A stretch of 64,000 nucleotides of DNA, taken from assembly GCF_036321535.1 (NCBI RefSeq), contig NC_087436.1, forward strand, positions 121,956,001 through 122,020,000, written 5' to 3'. Under the pieces are notes generated by a model, which saw only the letters and a list, made by a program, of their open reading frames with translations, made no database searches and had not been told where the DNA came from. The translations under genes and the position numbers were made by a program. Source of the DNA: Camelus dromedarius. Taxonomy: Eukaryota. Position 1 is the first letter of the stretch. The number at the start of each line of letters is the position of its first letter. Positions 25,021 through 37,771 of this stretch are shown here, one piece after another.

Positions 25021-26849
25021 TCCTTGGCCATTGTAACAGCCAAACCATCTCCCTCTATGCCCAAGTGTCCACTTGGGTGGGTGCTGGCCGTGCGCTAGTC
25101 TTAAGAATGAGGACCTAAAGGCCAGCGTTTTCAATTTTGGGAGATTATAACCAGGAAGCGAGAAGAGGGAACGCCGTCTTGTGACACTAAGTCTGTGTCT
25201 TCGAGGAAGAGTATCCAAGCATCTCAGGAAACCAGGATGCCTCCTGCGGTCATTCTGGCCTGGACGACTCGCCTGCCCTTCCTCCCGACTCCGCCGCCTT
25301 CTCACCTGGGCCCCCAGGCGGGCTCCTGGTGGGCGTGGGCTGGGGCCTCGTGAGCCGCGCGGGCTTCCCAGCTCAGTTGCCCCCGGGCCGGCAGGCTGGG
25401 CGCACAGCGGGGCCGGAGCCGGGGCCCACGGGCTGTTCCGCTTTTGCTGCTGTTACGGATTCAGAGTTTTGATTATTTGCCCACTGTTGTGGAAGGGAGT
25501 CTTTTTATTTTTTAATGTTGTATCTGTGTTTTCACTCTGACTTGAGAACCTGCATTGGACTTATTTTTCCCTTGTTTTTTCTGAGCAGACACACAGGTGG
25601 TTCTCTTCTCCCATATATCAAGCCTCTAGAACGTCCGTCTATAGTTTTCCCTCTAAAAATGCATAAAAACCAAGTACAGGCTCTTGCTGCACTGGTTTGC
25701 CAACAACTTTTACCCTCTGACGACCCGGCCTGGTGGTGAGAACGGGTGCGCTTTCCGGGCGGCTGTGCTAACAGGCGCTGAGTGAGCCTGTTGTGTCTCT
25801 GGTCGCTGCCTGTAGTGATGGGCAGCAGGTGAGCCCAGCGCTTCCTTGTTCTCTTTGCATAATTTGGTAAATTGAGCAATAACCATAAAGCAAAAGAAGA
25901 ATCTGCCAAGGGAGCGCGGTGTGGGCGCTGATGCGGCCTGGCGAGGTCCTGCCTCTCCCGTCCCTGCAGCCTGGGCCCCGAGCTGGCTGGACCCCGTGTC
26001 CAGGGGCCACTCTGCCCTCCTGCTGTCGTCACCCCCCCACCAACGCCCCAGACCAAACTGCTTTCCTTTTCTCTCCAGTTCCAAGTCACGCCCCTACCCT
26101 GCTTCTCCCGTGAGGAGTGGGATCCCGACCCAGGAGGTCTGAACGAGGAGAGCCAGGCTCAGAACCCGTGTTGTGAACACCTTCATCCGTGTCCACAGCG
26201 AGACCCCGGTCGTTTTTCCCATGCAGCACTTCAGTGGGGAATGGGCACCATGTCATCTGGGTGGGACCAGCTGGAAATCTCTGCATTCCACAGAAAGACC
26301 AGACATACAGACACCGCCTGCATGGACACAGGCCAGGGGCAGGTGCCCGTCCCGCTCCCGAGGAGCTGTCAGAGGGAGGCCAGCAGATTCCCCGGCAGGG
26401 AAGGAGAGGCACCCGTAAAGGGATGCGTGCGCGACCCAGCGCCCTGGGCAGGCACACCACACAGGGTCCTAGGGCAGTACAGTGCAGGATCCAGGTGCCG
26501 TCCTCCCTCCTGGGTGAGCCGTGCACTGGGGCCCCTGCCCACGTCCCTCCGGGCTGTGGGCCAGCAGCGTCCGGGTCCAGGCCCGCCTCCGTCCTGCTGG
26601 TGAGTTCCCTGCAATGATGGAAGATTTGTCGAAAAGAGAGTGTCCAGAATGTGGGGCGATGCCTGTCCTCAGAGGCACCAGGAGGCTTGTGGTGAAACTC
26701 ATGGCCCCCAGGTGTGACCCGGGAAAGGTTCAAGTCCAGTTATCACCTGTTCCCGTGCGAAAGTGCTACGTGGTTGCCGACTCTGTTCCTCGCACTGCAC
26801 GCTTCATGCCTGCGCCTCTCAATCCGCAGCGGGAAGCTTCTGCCTCTTG

Positions 26850-28445
26850 ATCTCACTCACCGAGTTCTCTCCCACCTCTTCCCTCTGATGACCGCCTGTT
26901 TGTTCTCTGTGCCCGTAACTCTGTTTCTGGTTTGTTTTATTTGTTCATTTGTTTTGTTTTTTTTAGATTCCACACGTAAGTGAAATCACACAGAATTTGT
27001 CTTTCTCTGACTTACTTCATGAAGCATGATACCTTCCAGGTCCATCCATGTTCTTGCAAAAGGCAAGATTTCATTCTTGTTTACAGCCGCATAGTGTTCC
27101 ATTGCATCTGTGCGCCACAGCTTCGGTATCCAGTCATCTGTCAGTGGACACTGAGGCTGTTCCCGTGTCTTAGCTGCTGTAATCATGCTGCAGTGAACAT
27201 AGGGGTGCATGTATCTTTTCTAATTAGTGTCCTTCTTTCGTCAGGTATATGCCCAGGAGTGGAATTCCTGGATCATATGGTAGTTCCTTTCTTAATTTTT
27301 TGAGGCTCTATCCTGTTTTCCACAGCGGCTGCACCAATTTACATTCCCACCAACAGTGTATGAGGGCGCCCTTTTCTCACCGACGCCTGTTGCTTGTTGT
27401 CTTTTTGGTGACAGCGTTCCGACAGGTGTGAGGTGATGCTTCAGTGCGGTGCTGATTTGCATTTTCCTGACCATTAGCAGTGGTCAGCTTCTTTTCACCT
27501 CATCAGATACACTGCTGCAAGCCTCTTCTCCCGTTCGGAAGGCGGGCTTTCTGTTTTGTTTGTGGTCTCCTTCACTGTACAAAAGCTTCTTGGTTTGCTG
27601 TAGTCCCAGCCGTTTATTTTCACTTTCCTCTCCCTCGCCTGAGGAGACAGATCCCCCCCAAAATGACTAAGACCAATGTCAGAGAACGTACTGTTTTCTT
27701 TTGGAAATATTACGGCTTCAGTCTTGCGCTGAAGTCTTTATTCTTGAGTTTGTTTTTGTGTCTGGTGTGAGAAGGCAGTCCACTTTGATCCTTTTGCGTG
27801 TCCCTGTCCAGTTTCCCAACATCACTCACTGAAGAGGCCGTCTCTCCCTCGTGGTCCATTCTCCCCTCCTTCGTCCTAGACTAACTGTCCGTCTGAGCCC
27901 GTTTCTGGGCTCTCTGTGCTGTTCCGTCGACCTCTGTGCCTCTTCCTGTGCCAGGGCCGCACCGTTTCTGTCACTGTAACTCTGCAGTGTGATGTGAAGT
28001 CGGGGAGCGTGGTGCTACCAGCTCTGCTCTTTCTCAAGGTTGTTTTGGCTACCTGGGGTCGTCTGTGTTTTCACACAAATTTTAGATTTACTTATTCTGG
28101 TTCTGTGACAGACACCGCTGGTGTGCTGGTAGGCATTGCACTGACCCTCTGGATTGCCTTGGGAGGTGGTCGCCTTAACGGTATTAACCCTTCCAGTCCG
28201 TGAGCACACATTCCTTCCCCCGTTTGTGTCACCTTCAGCTCCTTTCATCAGTGGCTGGCGGTCCTCCAAGGGCAGCTCATTTACCTCCTTAGTGAGAGCT
28301 ATCCCTGGGTATTGTATTCTTTTCGATGTGATTGTAAATGGGATTGTTTTCTTAGTTACACTTTCTGATGGTTCCTGGTCGGTGTACAGAAATACACGTT
28401 TCTTTTTATTAATTTTGTATCCTGCAACCCTGCAGTCGTATGATT
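26850..28445 (-). mobile_element. L1 ORF2/3' region, antisense
   Basis: ORF 26986..27210(-) TAAKTREQPQCPLTDDWIPKLW and 28015..(-) VAGYKIN...IPFTITSKRIQYPGIALTKEV are L1 ORF2p-like. Confidence 0.9.
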
Positions 28446-28451
28446 GTTGAC

Positions 28452-28995
28452 TGGTGGAGCCACTTTGGAAAACAGTCTGGCAGTTCCTCAGAAAGCTGAA
28501 TGTGACCAGGAATTCCACTTCTAGGTATATGCCCAGGAGAGCTGGAAATGTAGATCCACACAAAAACTTGTTCATAGCAGCATTAGTCATAATAGCCAAA
28601 AGGCAGGAACAATCCGGTCGTCCGTCAGCTGGTGAACGGACCAACAAAACGTGGACCGTCCACATGGCAGAATATTGTTTGGCCATAAAAAGGAATGAAG
28701 TGCTGTTACGGGCTACAGCTTGGCCTGGACATGAAGACATGCCGAGTGAAAGAAGCCGGACATGAAAGGCTACAACTTTACGAGTCCATTACCTTGATGT
28801 GTCCAGAACAGGAACTCCACAGAGACAGCCGGTCAGGGCTGGTGGAGGGGTGACTGGTAATGGGTGTGAGGTTTCTTTTTGGGGAGACAAGAAGTTTCTA
28901 AAATTAGATCATGGTGGTGATGCAGAACTCCCTAAGTGTACTAACTCCCTGCATATGGGCATGGGCTGCACGTTACATCTCAGTAAAGCTGTTCT
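28452..28995 (+). mobile_element. L1M 3' region, sense
   Basis: gccactttggaaaacagtctggcagttcctc...cacaaaaacttgttcatagcagcatta...ttacatctcagtaaagctgtt. Confidence 0.85.
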
Positions 28996-31439
28996 AAATG
29001 CTGAGATTACATTCCGGGCAAGGGGTGGCTGGGCTCATTGTCAGACCCACTGGGGCTGCCTGTCCACAGACCTCCCAGAGCAGCACCACTGGAGTGGCCC
29101 TGGGTGAGGTACGGTCAGAGGACTGGGTGCCTCTGTGGGCTGTAGAGGGGTCCAGAACTGTGTGTGAACCCCACCTGCTCAGCCAGGGGCCTCCCTCGGT
29201 GCTGCTTCCAGTGATGTCCTGTCTCTTAGGTCCTCCCATTGGGACATCCCTTAGAATTCCATGTTCCTCTCCAACTGACATGTTCCCAGGACCCAGGCAG
29301 GGCTGGCCTCTCCCAGTCCACTTCATCCCAGCCCGGTGGGGCTGATGTGCCCAGGAGTGGGGGACACTCATGGGTCCCAGCCTGAGTTGGCAAAGCAGAC
29401 ATCAGGGAAACCCACCTGCAGTAATCGACTTGACCCAGAACCCAGGACCCCTGTTTAGGCCTTTTAATTCCTCCTCTGGTTAAACAAACAGGCTCAGTTC
29501 ACATGCATTCTGATTAAGTCACCTCAAATCCTTTTTGAAGGAGAAGAATAATTCATAGTAAGCAACCTGAACTTCCATTTCCCACGAGCAGATTTCCACC
29601 CATCCTAGAAGCCGAGAAGACGGCAACCTCCCCTCCCCTGTTGCCTGGGCTGCTGTCAGCCCAGGACTCGTCCTTCCCGTCGGGGTGTGGCAGGGGGGCA
29701 CCCCGAAGGCCCAGGGCCTCTGGGACAGGGTCTCGTGGCTGTTAGCAAGGTGGGAACAGAATTAACTGGCATCCTAACAAGTTTACTGTTTAACAGTCTT
29801 AAAAATAAAATGCTTAGTAAAGAACCTTAAACCTATTGGAATTCAAGTCTCCTGCCGTTTAAAAGCCCAACTGTCAGATACCGTCTGTTCCCCTTGGTGC
29901 CAAGGTGCACACTTCCCCTCAAGGCCTGTTGCCGCCCTGGGCTCCTTCCCTCCGCGGTGGTACAGAAGAGCTTTTCACGACCCCCTGCAGCTGCTGTGGT
30001 TAAGTTTCCTGCAGTCATTGTTTCTGGCGTGTCATTTGTATATACAGTACTTGACTGAGAGTTTTATTTGAGAATTCATTTTCCTTCTGCAAACCCTTTG
30101 GTAGAAGCTCAGTTATCTCCAGGCATTGTGTCTGGCTTGGCTACAGAACAAACACTGCTGCCCAGGCCAGCGTGGTCACCTGGGGTGTTGCAGGGCCCTG
30201 TGCCCAGCTGCTGCCCTAGACAGGGGGTGTCCAAAGCCCAGATGGGATGCCCTTATCCTCACGGTGCCAATCCAGCCTCCTCCCAGTGCGGGGGGCCTGC
30301 TTCTCTGAAGCCTCTCTCCCCATGGTGAGGGTTCATCTTCAGATGAGACTAGAGCAGAATTATAAAGGGGCCCTTTGCTGCAGCCTACCGGGCGGGGCCC
30401 CCTGCAGTTAGAGGCTTTTTCTTATGAGCTGTTGCTGGGCTGCCCTCCAGCGGGGCCAGCAGCGGGGAAGCTGCCCCCTCGGAGCTGGCTGGGCCGGTTC
30501 GGCTGGGAGGAGGGCTGTGTGGTGAGAGGGGCGCGGGAAGCTGACTCACTGGGTCTTAGAGGCTAAACATTTCAGGGCATTAGTTTGGTGGACTGTCTGC
30601 GAAGCTGCAGCTTGCCTCGGGGAGGTCCACGGTCAGCTCTACATAAGATGGTTCTCAGAAAACATCATTTTGGGCAACATTGTTTATGGCAATAAAAGCA
30701 TTTGAAACAAAAATTTAGTGAGGTTCAAAACTCAGAATTTCTGCGTGAATCTCAGGTGTGCGTAAAGCTTCATGCCTGCTTTTTGCTGGAGTCAGGGGAC
30801 CCTAGATGTCATTGCACGTTGCAACCCCTGCTCTTCCCAGTCTCTCTAAGATGTGGTGCCTCCTTTGTGGGTGTCCCTGTTCAGCCCCAGGCTGTGTTGG
30901 GGGGTGTCCTAGGGGCATCTCTGAGCTCACAGTGAGACTGGGTTGCCTTCGCTCACCTGGGTTTCCAGAGTGTGACTGGCAGTGTTCCCGTCTTTGCCCT
31001 GCCGGGCTAAGGAGGAGGCGCCCCTCCTACCAGAAGGGGACTTGCCCTCTCACAGGCACGCCTCCTGTGGGGTGGAGGGGAGCACCCCCCACCCCACGGT
31101 GTCTGTGCGCCAACTTTTCCTCCCAGAATTCATTCCACAGCTGGCCCAGTGGAGGTGCTCTGGAACCCGAGTGCCTCTCCAAGCTGCTAACCCGGATCCC
31201 AGCCTGCCCAGGAGCTGGAGGGCTTAGGGCGGCCCCCTCTTGGCCCGCCAGTAGCCAAGCCCATGCAGCCAGCCCTGCCTTATCTCTAAGCCAGAGGAGG
31301 AAGCAGAGCTTCCCACCTGCAGGTGGGGCCCAGGGCTCAGGGCTCTGCAGCGTCAGAGATTAGGGATGGGTCTGCTCCCGTCCCCGTCTGTGGACCAGGG
31401 CTGGCAGACCCAGGGGCCAGGCTCCTTTCTGCTTTTCTG

Positions 31440-32150
31440 CTAGTGGGCGGTCGACCGGCCCAGGCCTCCGCGTGAGACTCATCCCTGCTCGCGCAGCCCA
31501 CCGCCCGGTGCGAGCGCGCGCACGGACACGCGCACAGGGCACACGCGTGCGCGCGCGAGCCCGGAGGCAGAGAGAGGTCAGCGCCTCCTCGTAAGTGGGC
31601 GACGCCGGGCGTCCTGGGCCTCCTGCCCTCCTGAGTTTCTCGGGCTGCTTGTCCGTCCCTCCCACGCTGCTCTCTGCGGACACCACGACCTCCCGCGCCC
31701 CCCTCGCCGCGCTCTCCCGGCTGTCGCTTCCCGCGACCCACCCCCGCCCCGGGAGATGTGGGGGGCCCCCCCGCGTCGGGGCCGCTGGCCTCTTCCTCCC
31801 TCCCCCGCGCCCCGCCTTCTGCCTCCGCCCGCGTCGGGGTCTCTGCCCCGCTCAGTGCCCTCCCTGCGGGCCCGCCCCGCCCCGAGCGCTACTTCCCTAG
31901 CGTCTCCTGCCCCCTACGCCCGTGCCCCGCCACCCTGCAGGTGCCCCCGCTCGCGCCCTCGCTGTGCTCACCCTCCGGGAGCGCGGGGCAGGGCGTGGGG
32001 CGTGGTCAGCCGAGCGCACGGGGGCGGCGCTGCCGCCTGGCGACTGCGGGCCGCTGGGGCGCGGTGATGCTCTCTGGAGTGACGTCTTACCCGGTGTCTT
32101 ACTTTCGGTTACCACGGTCAGCTGCCTCCACCGCCCTCGCCTTTACCTAC
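31440..32150. promoter_or_regulatory. Intragenic CpG island, candidate alternative promoter
   Basis: Dense CpG, GC boxes (cccgccccgccc ~31870), GCGC repeats (gcgtgcgcgcgc ~31546) resembling NRF1 sites, donor-like CTC|gtaagt at 31590/31591. Confidence 0.7.
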
Positions 32151-35100
32151 GTGGTGTTTGCACCAGGTACAGACTTTCCAGTGTCCACTTCGGCCCCCGG
32201 TACCGTGTCAGGTACCCTGTGTGCTTTAAGCCCACTTTGCAGGTGATAAACTGAGGCCTGGGGTAAGGTCCCCGCCCAGGGAGTGACCGAGCAGGACTTG
32301 AACCTGGAGCCCACCCTGGGCCCTGTCCAGCACATATCCTCAGTTCTGTGCCCACCTGGCCCTCGGACTCCTCCCCTCTGCTGTGCAGGGCCCTTGATTC
32401 CTCTAATCAAAACGGCTTATTTCTGTTATTATACCACAGGGCTAAAATGTTTGTTGATGTGAATCAAACGTAAAGCCATCAGCCTTTCCTGGGCAAGCAT
32501 TTGGCAGTGTTCCCTGCAAAGGGCTGTGTCCTTGAGGCATCAGGGTTCTCCGTGGCCTGGCTGGCCCCCACCCAACCAAGGATGGGACATCTGTGGTTCT
32601 AGGTCAGACTGGAGGTATGTGTGGGGCTGGCTGGCTATCCCCCGGCGCCTGCCCCGGGGTCCGTGGGTCCTGGGGTTCAGCAGCGATCTGGCCTGCAGCC
32701 CAGGACAGGGCCAGCCTCCCCAGGTGCATGGGTGTTCCCAGGGCAGACAGTTGAAATGCGGTGTCTGTGCAGGCTGACCCACTTTGGGCACCTGAGCGGT
32801 TCCCTAAGTCGCAGCCTGAGCCCTCAGAGCCATGTGGTGCCAGCTGGGAAACTGAGTCCCTCCTCACTCCGCAGAAGCCAGGAGGGAAACTGAGTCGTGG
32901 GAAAAGGCCTTTGTCTGTCAGGGAAGCCAAGTGACAGGTGGGACTGCTTATCAGATGTGGGGTCCTGGGTGGATTTGTGAACCTCCCTCTCTGAGCCTGC
33001 GTTCTCCCTTCTGCGAGCTGGGGAGTGGCCCTTACCTTCCCAAGGAGGGTGCTGGGTTACGGGTGTCAGGTGACTTACATACAGCTCCGTTATCTTTGTG
33101 ATTAAACTGCACCTGAGCCCTGCCCGCTAACACCTAACACGTGAGTGCGTGCCTGTGTGGGGTGGCAGATCACCGTGGGGCGGGGGCTGGTCGAGCTGCC
33201 AGGTCAGCAGGGCCTGGGCCTGGCAGCCTCTGGGATGTCCTGGTGTGGACAAGGCCAACTTTGGGGTATGGGTCATGGCTTCCCAGGCCCCCCAGACCCC
33301 AGCGGGATGGAAGGGTGGTGGAGACCTGCAGGAGGGCCTGGATCAGTGTTCACAGGTGGTGAGGGTTTCCAGCCCTGGTGACCAGTGGTCAGTGGGTTTC
33401 CTTGACAGTCCAGTGTGACCTGGGGGAGCAGCCAGAATTGATGTGCACGATCTGAGGCTTTACTCTGGTTTCTCTACGATGCTTCTGGATTTGGGTGTCG
33501 AGTAGAGAGTCCGAGGCTTTATCAGAGAGCTGGTCCAAGGGAGGCCCAGGGCCTGGGCTGGCACCTTAGGCACAAGCCCTCACTCTTGAGCTCCTGCACT
33601 CTGTCCAGCCAAAGCCCACCTGGGGGTCCACCGAGATCTGGAAGGCTCTTTTCTGCTGAGTGTTAGGGTGGCGAGGGTTACGTGGGTCTTGGGAACCACC
33701 GTTTGGAGCCCAGCTCATGTCCTGGGACAGCTGCTGGGGTGGGGGCAGGGGGTTGGGGGCTGGGGGCTGGGGCTCACTCCATCCCTGGGGGTGTGAGGGG
33801 GCTGGTCCTTTCTGGCCTGGCCGTGCTGCGTGTCCTGCCATCTGCCTCACCCACCTGTCCCGCCATCTGCCTCCTCCTCTTGTCCCCTTCCTGGAGCTTG
33901 GCTGAGACAAGGCACCCTCTGGGGTTCTCCCACTGCAGGGCTTACTTCCTACTTGGGAAGCAAGAGGCCTGAGAAGGATCCCCCCCGGGTCACCCTTACT
34001 TCCTCTTCCTCTTTCCCACCCGGATCACTGAGTGTCCTTAGAGTGGGACCTGGGCTGACCACTGGCTCCGCTGTATCATTCGATGTGACCTCGGATGTTA
34101 GTTTCCTTCATGAGCTTTATTTAGTCTCTTCATCTGGGTCAGGATGGGGCTGCCTCACAGAGGGCTCGGGGTGGTGCCCCGCACAGGGCTGGGGACACCC
34201 TTGGTCCACACACCGCTCTGCCCCAGCCCAGTTAGCCGGCCTCGCCACAGCTGGGGACCCCCAGCATGGCCACGCACCTGGCTCAGACGGGCACCTGCGG
34301 GCAGGGCCTGAGCTCACATCCACATCCCCAGCCCACTTCACAGAACAGGTGTTTTGAATGAATGAATGAATAATTTCATCACCTTTACAGAACTAGCTCT
34401 GAAGTAGTCAGTTGTGCACTCCGGCCGTGTCCGGAGCTGCAGTGTTGTTGTGTGTCTTCCCCGCCTTCTTGAGGCTGCCTGTCTGCTAGTCACCTAACCT
34501 CCTAAGCTAGAGGCTGTCTTCGCAAGTTTTATTTTTGTGCAGCAGTGAAAACTGTCACTGCTGTGAATTTATTTTTGAGAAAATACTGACATCGTGTGCC
34601 AAAAAAGACACTTCTGCTGGATTTGGTTTTGTTCTCTTATAGCTCTTATTTAAAAATAAGGTGAATACTCATAGCGATCGATTCTCTTTGTTGTGGACAT
34701 TTTATGTAGGGACATCTAAAAGTCCGATTTAAAATTTACTTTAAAACGTTGTTGAATGAGGCTGACTGACTCAAAGAGAGAAACTGTCCCCCTCAGGCCG
34801 TCAGTCCTGCCTTCTGGCTGGCCTGAGGGTGACCTGCCCCGCTGGGCCGATGGAGATGTAAGTGACGAGCGGGCTCAGACTGCCGTGTTCACGTCACCCT
34901 CTGCGTGTTCAGAAATGGAAATGCAGCACCACATTGTTCCTTGTGGATTCTGTGAGTCACCACAAGTTGAATTTTGTAAGTTGTGTCAGTTCGTTTCCTG
35001 GGACCCCTGCCTGGAGGTTTGTCTCCACGGCGCCTGGGGTCTCCGGGTGCATGTGATTCACACAGCCAGTGGGGGTCTCCTCTGTACCTCGGCCCCGCCG

Positions 35101-35302
35101 GGACACACAAAGGGGACCTTTCATTCTTTGCTGGAAATACCAGTCCTGTAGGGGCTGCAAAGCTAACTCAGAGTATAGCTAAAGTTCTAAAATTGCGTAG
35201 GCCTTTTGTGTTTCAGCAAAATAAAGATAATTTAATTATCTTTATTTAAAAATAAAGGTAATTTAGGTTTAAAAAATTTTTTTCTGAGTTCTCTAATTTC
35301 TG

Positions 35303-35303
<1 letters not shown>

Positions 35304-35333
<30 letters not shown>
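35304..35333. repeat. (TG)15 microsatellite
   Basis: Directly visible. Confidence 0.95.
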
Positions 35334-35336
<3 letters not shown>

Positions 35337-35479
35337 ACAGCTCTCTTTTTGCTAATGGACAACACACTTGTAGGTCTGGTCGTATAGTCTTTAATTTACT
35401 GAAATCAAAACTAGATGAGCCCAGAGGGTCTGTCTCTGCACAGACCCCGGATGGCAGATTATGCCACGCCCACCCCAAG

Positions 35480-35890
35480 TCACAGGCACACACACCCATG
35501 CTGGTAGGCACACACACGTTTATGCATGCACACACAGGTGTGCACACACTGACACACACACACAAGCGCAGTTGTACAACACATGGACACATGGACACCC
35601 ATGTACGTGTACAGTACATGCTCTCATGGCTAGGCACTCACATTCACATATGTATACACAGGTACACACACACACCTGCTTGTAGGTGCAAACCTGTGTA
35701 CACACATTCCTGCACACACACGTGCACTTATGTGCGTCCACATAGGCACACACGTGCACACATGCATGACTCCTACACAGCCCCACATGTACACACGTGG
35801 TAGTTGTTTGTCAGCCTCCCCAGGACACAGGGGAAGCCATGTGTGTGCGTGGGTGCTTGTGTATGCATGTGTGGGTGTGTGCGCACACAG
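35480..35890. repeat. Degenerate CA-rich then TG-rich alternating purine-pyrimidine low-complexity tract
   Basis: cacacac/catgcac blocks ~35480-35800 followed by gtgtgtgcgt blocks ~35838-35885. Confidence 0.8.
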
Positions 35891-37630
35891 CCCTCTGCGC
35901 ACATTCCGTCGTGGCACAGCCGACCCCAGGGGGCCAACAGCAGGGGCCAAGCACGGCCAAAGTCCCCGTGTTTGTGGCGGGGTTGGAGGTGTCAGGGCAA
36001 AGATGGTCCAAGCTGTTCTCATCTTGGCACCCATTTTCTCACAGCAGAGACTTAGCTCCCTGGAGGCGTCCTTACCCAGCACCCCCAGTTCGGGCCCCAA
36101 CCTGTTTGCTGGGCTGCAGGAACCAAGGCAGGGAAGGCTCCGTGTGTCACCTGCCTGGGCAGGTTTCCATGAGGAGGGCCTCAGCCATCTGCTGTGGGAC
36201 CCCGCCCGCCATGTCCCTGCTTTTCCTGCCCTCCCCCTACCCCATGCCCCCCGCTGTGGGGGGAGCCGGAGGGTTTGGAGCCAGAAGGACTCCAGTGCGC
36301 TATGGTGATGGGGATCAGCTCTTGAGCTGGGTGCTACCTCTGCCCTTGGCTGCAGCCTGTGGAGGGCCCAGGGAGAGCAGCAGACGCTGGTACCAGAAAA
36401 TCTGGGCCTGCCCTGTTCCCGGCTGTGTCCCAGCGCCCTGCATCCTTGGCAGAGTGGGTGCTCAGGCTGCCTGGCTGGCTGGATGGGTGGGTGAATCCCC
36501 ACAGCTCTCCTGTGAAGAATTCTAGGAAGGCCCCCCCATTGGTTCTGCCTGGGTCACACATCCACCTGCTGGGCCAGTTACTGAAGCCCCCACCCCAGGT
36601 CTGCTCAGCCTCACTGGCGGGGCTTCCTCCGCACCCCAGGGGTCTGGGCCAGCATTGAGAGAGTCAGGCACTGATGACCAAGACCCTGAGCAGAGGAAGA
36701 GCCACCCTGGGACAGGCCACGTAAGGGGAAGGGGGCGGAACACAGGCTCCATCAAGCAATGAGCTGAGAGAAACTACAAAAATAAGGTATTTTATGTTCA
36801 ACAAAATGTCAGCCCAGCTGTGTGCTGCTTCTTAGGTAGAAGGGCGAGGGAACCAGAGGTTGATTCGGTGCCTTTCTTCTCGTTTTTCCTTCTCTTGTCT
36901 GTCCATGAAGGGTGCCTTTTATAAAAACATGTTTGAGGTCTTGGTTGCCTTTACCGTGGGTTTGTCCTAATTCTGGAAGCTCAGATCCAAGGGGACAAGC
37001 CATCGACACCCCAGCTGGAGGGAGCACAGTGCAAAGGCCCTGGGGCAGAAGTGAGCCAGTGTGTTGACAGGATGGCCCGTGGCTGGTGGGGCTGGAGCTG
37101 GGGCAGAGCAGGGGCGGTCAGCATGGGCACTGGGTCCGAGGGAGGCACAGGGAGCTGGGACTTCGCTCCAAGTGGGGTGATTGTGCCTCAAGACCCAGAA
37201 TCAGACCCCCCTGTGCATTTTGTGGCAGGTGAGAAAAGGGGTTCCTCTGAGAAAAGGGTTTCCTGCTGGAAGGCACTGGCGTCTCCCAGCATGGTAGAGA
37301 CGGGGCTGAGGGCTGAGGAGAGGCTAGGGAGTGGGATGGGCCCCTTCCTTGTGGCTGGCTTTATCATCGCAGTTTGGTTTTATGAACAAAACTGCTTTCC
37401 GTCCAGTGGCCCTGGCCCCACCCTCCCCAGCACCTTGCCTCTGATCATCCCGACAGGGGCGGAGGGAACTGTGTCAGGCTTCCCCCCAGAGATGCTCTCC
37501 TCAGTACCCCACAGCCCCAGGCGGCCTCAGGGGGCCTCAGGGGAGCCGACGGGGTGACAGGGTCCCCCACCCATCGCTGGGGACAAGGCCTCACCTGGGA
37601 TGGCCACTCACTTCCCCTGCCTCCCCGCAG

Positions 37631-37771
37631 CGGTCGGACCCGCAGCTGCTGGCCCAGTTCTACCATGCGGACGAGGAGCTGAGCCAGGTGGCCGCCGAGC
37701 TGGACAGTCTGGACGGGCGGAAGGACCCCCAGCGCTGCACGCTGCTCGTCAGCCAGTTCCGCTCCTGCCAG
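37631..37771 (+). CDS. ZFYVE28: ZFYVE28/LST2 coding exon 2 (141 nt, phase 0-0): [47 protein letters not shown]
   Basis: Acceptor cttcccctgcctccccgcag, donor CAG|gtgagc; translation recognised as the LST2 N-terminal region. Confidence 0.96.

Noticed and set aside
28015..28740. 241-aa minus-strand ORF
   Set aside because: Chance fusion across the junction of two decayed L1 fragments
35630..36525. Overlapping 190-290 aa ORFs on both strands
   Set aside because: Low-complexity CA/TG and GC-rich sequence depleted of stops; no recognisable protein
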